Assembly (NCBI GenBank): GCA_040954595.2
Contig: CM082587.2
Coordinates: forward strand, 4,948,206 to 5,012,205
Origin: Balanoglossus misakiensis
Lineage: Eukaryota > Animalia > Hemichordata
DNA: 64,000 nucleotides
Reading direction: 5' to 3'
Position numbers and translations under genes: made by a program
In this document: positions 36,471 to 48,296 of the stretch, in pieces
How the letters are laid out: each line of letters opens with the position of its first letter
Position numbering within the stretch: position 1 is the first letter of the stretch
The notes under the pieces: generated by a model
Seen by the model: only the letters and a program-made list of their open reading frames with translations
Told to the model about the DNA's origin: nothing
Database searches by the model: none

Positions 36471-39400
36471 TTAGTTGATCTTCTGACATCTGGAGCCAAT
36501 CCTGATGGTACGGTGGGTGTGATGATTATGCAGATACCACAGATAGATGGAGAATAGGATCCCACCAATCACAATGCTGGTGAAGACGATGACAATCATC
36601 TGGAGTGGGTAGGGCAGAACAGCTCCGTCTATGAACACCTGAAAGAAAGAGATCATTCAGTTACTGCCCATTATTACAAGCTGTGGTGTACTTGGTGACC
36701 CTTTTTTTCATTTCGCAATTGATGTAAAAATTAGCAATAAGCTACACTATGATCATTACACACTGAACTTTTCGCTTTGAGTTTCATTTGTATTGTCAAC
36801 CAAAATTGCAAGAGTGCCTTCATGTACAAAGCCTTGAAATCGTTTCAGATGTTCACGGTGTCCAGTCCGACATTCCCACTGTCCACACTTGGGACAAAAC
36901 TTACTTGAAATTCATCCTCCAGTTGACAGTAGGAGAAGCCAGGAATAACTGTTGCTCTGAAGTGGTACAGACCGGAGCCCTGCAACAAGAATAAAGTGAC
37001 AACCATTTAATGAACAGACAGGCACAATTTTAGACCAGTCGCAATATAGGTCTTTGCTCCAACTCAGTTCTGAGGAAACAAAATCTGCTGCTGTGTCAAT
37101 CATCCTACCTGCATAACAATCCTGGCTCTGTTCGGGTCCAAATACTGTGATCTGTTCACCAGTCTTTCATCAACTATCATTTCATTCAAACTTAGTGAAG
37201 ACATGTCTGTGACAAATAAAAATTGAAATTGTTTTCAGTTTGGTCACGAAAAATTAAAATGCCATATTCTCACGTCACTAATACAGTCCCTGTGGATCTA
37301 ACGATAGTGTGTTGAATTTTTCACACTTACTTTGGATGAAGTAATCTTCCCGGTCGTTGACCTCCTCGAGTGTGATCACATACGGTGATGTCATCAATAT
37401 GTGTGTTTCATCTCTGTGCAGGTAGAATTTCAGCGGTATCTTGCCAGATGCTTGTCGTACTTTGTAAACCTACACACATGAGTTGGAAGTGGTAAATTAT
37501 GTAAAACGATACAGTGTACTGAATGACATGCAGCAGCAGCATACAAGTACTATAGCAGACTTACCCTTTGTTTACAGTCTGAATACTTGACCAGATTCGA
37601 ATATCTCATCCAATCAGTACAGTTACACTCTTCTCTGCTCTGCTTGCCGGCACACTGCTTGTAACTCCAACTTTCCTGTAGATCAGATCAGGGGATCAGA
37701 CATTATGAGCAGTTTCTTTTCCTAAGATTTTTTCGCAATTTGATTTTTTGGGATATGCTCAGTCTGAGTATTAAAAGCGGTGTTTAATAACCTTACCATA
37801 GAAAACAAAAGATTACCTTAGAAATCTGAAACATGCTTTTTGGCACTTGTTTGCTGGGATCTGCATTGTAGATATTGGAACTTGTTGGTATGGAAACTCC
37901 ATACTTGGAAGGTGGTCTATAGTTAACCTGCTCATCATACAAAAAAGATGAAAGGTGCAAATTAAGTTCACACTGAAAAAAAGTCAGGCTGTTCTACTTT
38001 CTCACTGTACATGATCCTATGTCTTCACTAACATGATATATAAACTGAAACATTGAAGCACAAATCTTGAAACCATCCACACAAACTCACCTCTAGGTCA
38101 TATAGTAAAGGTCGCCTTCTAAACGTATCATCCCTGGGATTGCCACGCATGTAATCCTCCAGTGATATCACATAGGGATACTCGTATCGTAGATGTTTTC
38201 TGGGAGGACATGCACACAGTATGGTGACTGTGAACGAGGTGTGTGGACACTGCAGTGATGCCTGCCATAGATGCACTGTCACTTTGGCTGTTCCCTGCAA
38301 TCAGTGGAGGTAAAGGATAACTCAGATTGGCTGTCTTGATATTAAACCCTAATCATAAGGGGCCTATCCTACTTTACCAAGCGGTTAAAAATAATAATGC
38401 AAATTGGCCTATGTAGCAAAAGTTATTATAAAAAAGGTTTGCAGATTGAGTCAGAACTTACCAGAGCAAAGACATCATGTTTGAGGGTAACAGTGAGGGT
38501 TTCATAGCCATGCCTGTCAACTGTGGTTTCCGAATGAGTTGTTACCAAGTGTGGACTGCTGACTGTGACAGATAAGAGTGGCTTGGCATTTGGCAGAACT
38601 GTAAAGTGGGAGATAATAAAAATAAATGGACTTCCCTCAGAAATTTCCCGGTACTGGTCATGAAAACGTTAACAAAAGAATGGTGATTTCGGAAACATTT
38701 ATTAATCCTACGCACAGATATTGATATGAGATGCTTAAGTTCATGTACAACCATAGACAGTAGAGTCTATGGTACAACCAACCTCCATCTTTTCTGACGG
38801 CAGTCACAGAGAAGGTGAAATTGTCGCCCACATCCACGTACTGAACGGGATACTTGGAGACCACGTCATCCGGCATCAAGACGTGCTGGCACTCGTCCTC
38901 CCCCAGCGTCCAGTTGCGCAGATCGTACAGACACCAACCACCAGGTTGCAGGCTATGGGACGGCGACATCACCGGTGTTACGCTCTGACCCAGCATGTGT
39001 GTGGCGTTGAGGAATTCCGTCAGCAAGATGCTGGGGTGTCTCAGAGATGACACTGTCTTGCTGATGTCACCCAATGACCAACCACCACCTTTGAATAATT
39101 AACATTGATCGATTAGATGATGTGGTGATTTACTATATAATGATACCCTTGTATTTAAAACTTATGGTTACTTAATTATTAGAAATTTTAAAGTGCACAG
39201 ACATATATATACCTGTACTGTTTATTTGCAGCTGTACCATGGTCTTGCCCAGTGCAGTTATCACTGTAATGGGGAAGATAAACACAACAGTTGGCAAATA
39301 AATGTGAATCATTCATTTCATTCAAAACAGATCAAAATTGAATTGACCAAAAGTGTCTAATTCAGACAATAATCTCAAACAGAAGTTTTGCACTACCAGT

Positions 39401-42400
39401 ACACTACCAGTATATGACATGATTTCACCATCTACATGTAACTGTTCAACGCTTTGGTGTCAATACTGATCCTGCATCAATGTATACTCACCTACACTGC
39501 GGTCAGCCAAATCTGATGATTCACATTGCACTGGCGAGATCATGTATCCTTTGACGAATGTTCTGAAGACAGGCGAAGAAGGAAAATCTTCCACTCCTAC
39601 GATCAGGATCTTACCACCACAGCTTCACGAAACAGAAAGAATAGATATATAGGTAAAGATGGATTTGGAATTTTCTTACTGTAAAATGTACATATGCCAG
39701 CAGATCAGAGTAGCATTGGAAACTTTCTATTGATGGTGATCATTATCACACCAATTGCATATTTCATCAATATAAGAGATTGAACTGTCACCTGAAATTC
39801 ACAGTCTTCCACATCCTGGCCTTGTTGAAGACGGGCATATCTTCGTTCCCCTCACTGTATTCAAAGAGATACACTTCCTTGGCAGTGAATGGTTGAATGG
39901 CTAACATCTTGCTGTGCGTTGCCTGGTACTCCTGAAGTAGCATTGGAGTATTATTTACATGTAATAGGACCTTGATCTTGACATAACAAATGCCTACTGG
40001 AAAAGTCAGCGCTATGGAGAATATCTGAATGTATCAGGCATAACTGTGACACACAAGCAGAACCTGGACTTTTCAATTTATTGAATGAGCCAACTTTGGT
40101 ACATTTACCTGAATGGCAGCTTGAACATCCATTTTCATTGTTTGGAGTTGCACCTGTTCTTCTGACCAACCAACACGCTGTAAATACCCCTGAAAATCCA
40201 CGTAAACACCTGGTATGGTTCCAGATTCGGCCAATGATATTAAAACTAGTCTCGACACACCTAGGATTATGAAGATATCAAAATTACAATGAGATGGACA
40301 CTTTTTAGTACTTCCAAGGAAAAGACTGATTTTGTTCATTATTCCATACTTGCAGACTTCAGAGATGAGAGCAATCGTTTGCCTTAAACAACAACTTTGA
40401 AAAATTAGAAAATATCACTCTGGAGTACCTGCACTTCCATAGTAGATGTTTGCCATATTGGTGGTGAATACAACAATATCATGGAACTGGTTTGCTGAAC
40501 ATCTGACTATGTGTTCCCCATCAGACAACACTAACAACTTTGTGAATGAATTTCCAGCGTCCACTGACACCCATACCTGAAATCAATTCACAAATATGAG
40601 ATAGGAATATCTGGCAGACAGTACTGGCAGTAGTTAAACAAAGGCAAAGGTGAGAGTGATTAAACATTCACAAAATTACTGAGAGATGGCCTAGAGGTAT
40701 CCATCAGTCTGACTTTTACCTGTGTTCCAAATGCATACAGGACATAGCTGCGTGGGTGTAGGAATAGACCGGATGGCCGGAAGTCGTCTGGGAATGCGAA
40801 TTCCGGGAAGGGCTTGTTGCTTGCTGCGAACGTTTCCGTAGTTTGGTTGGAGGAGTACAAGGCCTGGCCGGCATTGTAGACGGCAACTCTGGCTGTGTTG
40901 TCAGTCTGAAAGAAATTAAATGATGCCATTACATGGCTTGTATGTTTGGATTTGTGCTGAAAATTGCATTTTGTGATATCGAATGCTGTGTACATGTGCC
41001 AATAATATTCTCAGGCCAACCCACAAACTTGCCGTCATTTGTGCAGAATGCCCAACTGTCACTATCAAGCGATTCACCTCACAGTTTAATTGTCACTTCA
41101 ACATTCGGACAGCTTTCTATTTCACACTCCACTCACCTGCTGTGTTTTCAGCACAATGAACTTGTCTATCTCGGCAACATGCAGCACTGCGATGACCTGA
41201 CCTTCAATACGACGAGACACATCAAACCATACTCTGTACGGTGCCGTGCTCAGGTACACTCTCTGAAACAGTCATGCAATTGATGTTATGGGCAGGATAG
41301 GAAAACAATATTCTGACAACAGAAACAGATTCAGTTAGTGGAAATTCTCACAACCAATATGATTTCAGCTTTATACACTGGACAGCACTGCACACATGTA
41401 CAGCGACAATTTTTTCAGTACTTTTTATGCATTGCTTTGCGTATACTGGTAGCTTTGGCAAATAGAACTTATGTATACATGTATATACAATGTATCTGTC
41501 ATCAATTTATCTGTGCTGAACTAAACTATTCTTCATATTTCATCACACCTAATTTCTCAATACCTGTCTATCTTGATCTGCCTTGTAAGGTACAACTAAA
41601 CTTGTGTAATCATCTGCAAATATGGAAACATACATACATCTTATTCACGAAAACCGGGCTTTACAATATGCTAAATCTTTGTCTATTGTCTATATTGTAT
41701 ACAGACTCCTTAACCTACTATTCTCGCTTGTAGCGGACTGACGGAACCCACTGTAATTTTCTTCCACAAAACTAGCCAGACCAACATTCCTGCATTAAAA
41801 TCCAAGACCAGATGTTGCCAGTACTTGGATAAAATGCCCAGTTTGCTTATACTCTAGGCATTGCCTGTTTTCATAGACTTACTTTGATGCAGTGACTGAT
41901 GTACAGACACTGTCCTGCATTGTCCACTGTGCCAAACTTTGCTGTGTTGTAGATCCATGCTGTCATCAACACCTGATATCTCTACAGCGGTGAAGCCGAG
42001 CATCTGAGCAGATTAAACACAAATACACGTAGAAACCTTAATGTATCTCTGGTCATTAAATAATCTCCAACATGACTACTGTTGCATTTTTGGTTTCTCT
42101 TGATTGAACCAGACAACAATGCACTTCCATGTACCTAAACAACATGGCATACACAATTAAAATATTCTCACCTCTCCTGTGACATTGTGATTGTTCAACT
42201 CGTCACTGACATACAAGCCATTTGTCGTCAGCACTAACAGATGGTTTCCTGAGAAGAATGCATCCATGAACTTCACACCAGTACACTCTGAGTAGCAAAA
42301 AAGGCAAACACAGAGGCATATTAGTGATTTAATGCAACAGATAAAATACATAGAATACAAGATATTTGAGAGACCAGACTGTATATTACACACATTCTAC

Positions 42401-44250
42401 AGTCAAAATATCTGATTTATACTCACCGAGTTCATTCAGTGTGCACAGAGTTGGTAGCAAGTCATACCAAGTGGTGTAGTTGGCTTGAAAACTGTTGTAA
42501 CTGACACCAACCAGTGCCACTGAAAAATATAAGAACAAAAATATTGAACGGTAATATCAGAACTGTTCCAATAAGCTTGTTTAATGTAGTAAAACTGGTA
42601 ACATATTTGTCCACATGGCAAAGAAAATATGACTGTGAGTGGTGGATAAGAGAACATCCTTTACCTGGAAACTTTGACGCTGTCTGGACAAAAGCAACCA
42701 CAACATCAGGTGAACACATACTCTGCGTTGTGAGAACAGATGAGACGTTCATTGACAGTCCATTCCAAAAGTCACCATCCACTGACTGACCTAGGGACCA
42801 CTGTAGTAAGGGTTCTGTAAAGCAAACACTTAGATTCATTGCTGTGTAGACATTCTAAGATAAGTCTCAGTAAGTCACTTTTTAACCATGCAACAGTGCC
42901 ATTACCTCTGGAGATGTCAAACAGCGACGTGGTGGTGTGAAATATTCCAGTGTCTCTGACAAGTTCCACCAGTACACTCCACTGTCCGACTGAATCTATG
43001 TACAGAGAATGAGATACCACTGCATCAGATATTCACATTGGAAATGATGACAATGGTGGGTTCAAATCCACCACTATTTACAACAAACTATAAGAACAGA
43101 TCATCAAATGCACAATAATGCTACTGTAAAACGGCAAATTTTCGCGACAGGAAATTTTTGCGATATCAAAAGAGCCAACTGTTACACGTAATTATTGTTT
43201 GCGAAAATTTTCCTGTTTTACAGTATATATGTTTTTCTTACATGGTGATGAATTTATTTGATGTCTCCGAATGTCAGCAACCCATTCTTTCTCCACATTA
43301 TTTTTCTGAAATAAACGATAAAAATAGTGTAGAAAACACGTTGCAACTGACAATAAGATAACTTGGTAACCACAAACTTTAACAGAGCTTGAATATAATG
43401 GCAATATGAAATGTCACAAAACCATGATGAGATATTTTTTTGTACTCACCACAAACCGGAATGTCTGTCTCCAAGTGTCGTTGCTGATGGTCAGTGATGG
43501 TGTGTGTCCCAGGGATGTGAATTCCTGGTAGAGTATCTGTGACCGCTGCATATTGTCATGGTTCAAGTCTACCAAATCACAGAGAACAATCTGCCAAAAA
43601 GTGTTATTTGATCATGTTAGCTTTCTACATAAAAAGTGATAAAAAAACTTGTTTACAAAATGATACAGCTTTCATCTGATTTCTCTATGGAACCTTCAGT
43701 TATAGGTGGATATATTGACTGATTTGAGAGCAAACTTACCAGACTGTCTCCATTCATTATCAGCTTGTTATCCAATTTGCCATCAACCCGTGTAGACCCA
43801 ACTCTCAACTTGTAACTTTCTATACCACAACAAGAAACCAGAAGAAACCGTCAACACTACATAAATTATTTGCGTATTATTAACTTTGGTTGTGTGAGGC
43901 TCATTGTCAGATCACAGTACAAGTAGCTGCAGTACTGTAACTCAAGGTTTTGCCTGATACATTAGTTTTTCCCCGTCCACGCTAAGTAAAACCTCGAGCT
44001 AGTTCTGCAGCTGGTAGCCTAGTTGCCATGGAGATGGGAGCGAAAGACGCGTCCGATGCTCTTCAGTTTCACGTTTCAACACACAGGCCTGCCACGCAAT
44101 GCTGGGCGTATACAGACAATGAGCTAACTTACCGAAACAGCAACTAACTGTTGTGAAGGACAGCAATATAGGTACCAAATATAGAAACATCCTTGTAAAA
44201 CACAAGTCATACGCTAGCGCTAAACACATACACTTGAAACTTGCCGCCAT
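36471..44250 (-). CDS. CATSPERB: Cation channel sperm-associated auxiliary subunit beta, more than 20 short exons
   Basis: Signal peptide exon (ATG 44190, or 44250 in frame; MFLYLVPILLSFTTVSCCF). Exons encode QVWVSVDAGNSF, YDLEVNYRPPSKYGVSIPTSSNIYNADPSK, KQCAGKQSREECNC and SPYVITLEEVNDREDY. The last exon, VFIDGAVLPYPLQMIVIVFTSIVIGGILF, is a single C-terminal TM helix resembling the recalled vertebrate CATSPERB C-terminus. Confidence 0.85.
38745..38778. mobile_element. P-element-like footprint: CATAGAC-N6-GTCTATG flanked by the 7-bp direct repeat GTACAAC
   Basis: GTACAAC (38745-38751), CATAGACAGTAGAGTCTATG (38752-38771), GTACAAC (38772-38778). Confidence 0.7.
43124..43223. mobile_element. 100-bp Tc1/mariner-type MITE in a CATSPERB intron
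   Basis: TA-CTGTAAAACGGCAAATTTTCGCGA ... TTGCGAAAATTTTCCTGTTTTACAG-TA: imperfect TIRs of about 24 bp with a TA target duplication. Confidence 0.75.
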
Positions 44251-44816
44251 TTTACTTTTACAGCAAAACAATCACAGTCTGTATGTTCGGATACAGCATA
44301 CTTATTGACAGACAATGCAAAATATCTGTGTTTTAGGGGATTGATAGATATCACATATTTTACAGAAAATTGTTTTGATATTTCTTTTGAGTCTGATATA
44401 ATCAGAGAGTCAACTAAGCAAATCATTACATTTTGTAGAGTTCAAAATACATAGCGGCAGATTCGATGGATTTTGCTAAATTGTGTTTGCGCCCCTAACG
44501 GCCTAGCGCGTTGTAAAACCAATCGGCAAAGTTGGCAGATCATCGGAAAACACGCCGTTTTATTGTAAAGATTGGTGACATATCGGTTTCGAGTCTGCTC
44601 TTTGGAGTCTGCTCTTTTGATTGTGTTTTCATGACAACGAGTTGCTTGCCAACGCACGCATGGAACTCCGTCGTTTGACGCATTGATGACGACAAAAACA
44701 TGTGACGAAACAAAACTTCAACAGACTCAGTCAAACACCAAGAAAAGAAAGGACTGCAATGTGTCCTATCAGAACAGAAAACTCTATTGAAAATTCGTAG
44801 TAGAAGAGACGAAAAA
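44022..44816. promoter_or_regulatory. Bidirectional promoter region for CATSPERB and TEX26-like, with RFX X-box-like motifs
   Basis: Divergent ATGs about 570-630 bp apart. X-box-like sites: GTTGCCATGGAGAT (44022-44035), GTTTTCATGACAAC (44625-44638) and GTTGCTTGCCAAC (44641-44653). Confidence 0.6.
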
Positions 44817-46899
44817 ATGGCAAACGTTTACACGCGCCTGCACAAACGCCCTCGCACAACAACGCTGACGGACTTCTCTTTGGAGAAAACGCATCCGCGA
44901 GTTTTTCCAAGACTCAACTCTCCCACACGACGACAAAATCCCCATTCAGTGGGTCTGAAATATCAGAGTCCATATAACAAAGATAACCAGGTGAGAATAA
45001 CACATTACAAAGATATTTGGTTTTAATCATGATAATTACCATAAATAGTAGTATTAAATAAATAGTAAATAACACATTTTTTATAGTTCTTGACTTCGAT
45101 AACCGAGGACATATTTTCACCCTATTTTCTATTAGACGTTTGGAATCTGGACACCTGATTTTAACCTAATCCTAAGCAGATTCCCGAATATGCTGAGCCA
45201 TATCAGTAAGTCTACATGTTGCTTTCACGACAACATCGTTTTTCAGTCTATCTTTCTGTATTTCTCTCTTTGTGATATATGAATGAACAAGAATATTATA
45301 CAAGTAATTTTTATATATGCGTCTCTCGCTCCACATAGGAACTTAGGGAGCATTCGTTTTTTACAGGGAGGGGGGGCCGGTGGAATTTGAGTCGCCGACT
45401 AAATGTAAAAGGCAACCCCCCCTGGAAATTACTTTTCTAAAATGTGACCCCCCCCCCCCAAAAAAAAAAAAGTTTATCCACCGGATTAACTTATCAAACT
45501 TTGTCAGATATTGGTGTATGTTCGACATACCACATATGTGCGCTTCAACTATTTTCAGTTTGTCTTTTTTCAGCATCTTTTTCTCTGTTGTAAATTTATG
45601 TCTGTTCATTTACATGTCTACTGAACATTGTTTTTATATTTTAAGTATTTGTATTCTGTGTTGGGAGACATTGTAAACCGAGAATTGAAGGGGGTGGGTT
45701 TGGGAGGGGGTGTCCCCCTCCAACATAAGAAAATTTTATAAAATACAGAGCTCAAAGCTGCATTTTAATGAACCCAGCAAAAGCAAATTAACGTCGCCGC
45801 TCAAAGTTATCATGGGGTGGGGGCAAGTCCCCTGACCTGGGACACTAGATAAACCAGTCAATGATTGAAAGGTGTTGATGAATGGAGGGGGTGGGTGTGG
45901 GAGGGGGTGTCCCCCTCCCACATTAGAAAATTTTGTAAAATAAAGGACGCGAAACTGCATTTTTGTGGACTCAAAATAAATATTTAGCCGTCAAAGTTTT
46001 CAAGTCCCCCCCTTTCAGTCCCTATATAATAATCCCTTGATTATAAAATTTGTCTCCCCCTAAAAACTGCTTTGTAAAAGTAAACCCCCCCCTGATTTCC
46101 ACCGGCCCCCCCCCTCCCTGTAAAAAACGAATGCTCCCTTACAGTAACTGCATGCTATATGGGAAAAATTATGACCCCTTTCTCTTCGCAGAACGTACAA
46201 ACTGGACCTGTAAAGTTCCAGATATGGAACTTCACAATCGATGTGACGGTAAGTTATTTGGCCAAATAATCATAGATGATATCTTCACGAGAAATGAATG
46301 ACCCAATCTACTACTGCAAGACGACTTTTAGCCACACCACGGAACCAGAGCAGTATATGTGACCATGAACTACGGGCTGTGTTTGCCGACTGTTTCGACT
46401 ACACCCACATGCATACATGTAACATATTTGATGACCTTTCCAGCTAAACCACCCGAAATCATCTACACACTGAATACAACATCCAGAGTCAGCTATGGCG
46501 ACCCCCACACATTATTCCCATTCATGAAGAAATATCAACACCCAACGACCAGGTTTGGGAGCAGTCCCCACGAGGGGCCGGTCACTGGAATAGGTCAGTC
46601 CAGACATGTTTTCTTTGAAGTCTCATACAGCGTCAGTCTTTGCCAGTCCGTTTTACTTTTAACACATATTAAAGCAAGTGGCATTTTGAACACAGCACAA
46701 CACAACACATGTATAATAATCGGTGCTTACAAATATGTGGACTTTTTTATGATAACAACGCTAACTTACAAACTTATAATGTTCTCTCTCTATCATGGTA
46801 ACCATGGCGACAGTACCAAACGTTCTTCCTCCAATAAGGAAAGAAGGCGCCCAAGAGGTCACAAAGAAAGAAACTCCAAATGCTAACAAAAAGGTATAA
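44817..46899 (+). CDS. Small basic protein, TEX26-like (about 178 aa); join(44817..44990,45136..45205,46192..46248,46444..46593,46814..46899)
   Basis: Five exons join in phase (0,1,1,1) through GT-AG introns with no stops: MANVYTRLHKRP...RRQNPH...TFGIWTP...TTSRVSY...TTRFGSSPHEGPVTGIVPNVLPP...KKV*. The RRxNPH and RF/YGxxxxxxPxxGIVPxVL motifs recall TEX26-type axonemal/sperm proteins (recalled, not searched). Confidence 0.7.
45346..46138. mobile_element. Non-autonomous DNA transposon (MITE), PIF/Harbinger-like, in intron 2 of the TEX26-like gene
   Basis: About 40-bp TIRs (GGGAGCATTCGTTTTTTACAGGGAGGGGGGGCCGGTGGAA and its reverse complement) flanked by TTA at 45343-45345 and 46139-46141. There is an internal duplicated G/C hairpin unit and no transposase ORF. 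Confidence 0.88.
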
Positions 46900-48267
46900 G
46901 GCAACACTGTACTATAAACGAAAATCATTAAATATCGACATAGTGTCTAAAATAACTTTTAAAAAGTACATGTGCGCAAATCAGTGTAAAACATTGTCCA
47001 CGTGACTAACGAAATATACTTCCTCTCACACGTTCTTACCTTTTATTTGTTTTATCTCAACAGGTGTAGATATTTCATAATGCAGTAGGAATACTTCAAG
47101 GTTGCGGGGTCAAGATCTAGTTTACCGTTTTGATAGTGTCATGTTTTACTATACATCTCATGTACAAGATCAATATCCAAACATGCAAATAAACGCTCAC
47201 GAGTCATCGAATACCTATTGAGTCCAAATCTGATGATTCCATTGACACACACGGACAGACCCACACACGTACGGACAAACAAACTCACAGACACAATCTC
47301 ACTTGAGGGCGCCATCCAGTCTGAAAAGTTAAACTTTAACTAGAGTGAGACTTATATAGTCAGCAGTGGTGGACTGACGTTGCATTATCTCGCGCGAGAG
47401 CGCATTTAGCGGACCATCGGAAATCAGTTCCTTCAACTGCATATGCCACTATTAGGGATAATGTTCAAGAATTCTTGGGAGCGCATTTCAAAGATGGATT
47501 ATGAAGTAACCATCGGTATCACTTACTATCTCGAGGTTGAATCAGGTAAGTTTTCATAAAATATAAACTTGCATTAATATATGGCTGTATAACATTTTCA
47601 TGTTTATTCCAGATACTTTTTAAAAACCTTACCATGTTCTCCGCAAACCCTTGAACTCCGCGAAAAACACATGTTTTAACAAGAATGTCCGTCAAGATTG
47701 GCACAATTACCAAAACTACTAGTATCAGTTAAAATAAGCGACGATTGGAGAAAACGTTTTCTTTTTTCATCTTCTTTTCTGCATCTGTCATGTCGGTATA
47801 CAATCCACTGTTGGATGCATCATGTATATGACTCAAATGATCACAATACCTTAGAAGTAAAGGCGAAACACAGCAACGCTCGCGGTGTGTTTCCCACCAA
47901 CACTGAACAAAAGGATTTAACGGACATTTGCTTACAATAGCAATCAATTATAGCCAATTACACTGTCGTCTTCTCAGTGTTTGGCCCACTTAGCAAACTC
48001 TCAAACTAATGTTGATCTTAGATACAACGTGTCAATTGCGCCCATGATGGGAATGCTGTTGCTGTACATTTGGTAGACTACAGCCGTGGTTGAATTGTTA
48101 TCATCGTCCTCATGATCTTGAGTGGCGCTGCTCAAATCCCAGCAACGCACCGGCGCGTGGTTTCTGTCAGCAGTGACGTGGGAATGCCGCGCTTAAACGA
48201 CAGGTTAAATCTCCTGTAAACGTACTAACGTAACACGAGGGGTTTGTTTAGTAGTCAGTCGTTGTCA

Positions 48268-48296
48268 TGTTCTGTTCTGTTCTGTTCTGTTCTGTT
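48268..48296 (+). repeat. (TGTTC)n pentanucleotide microsatellite
   Basis: About 5-6 tandem TGTTC units. Confidence 0.85.
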
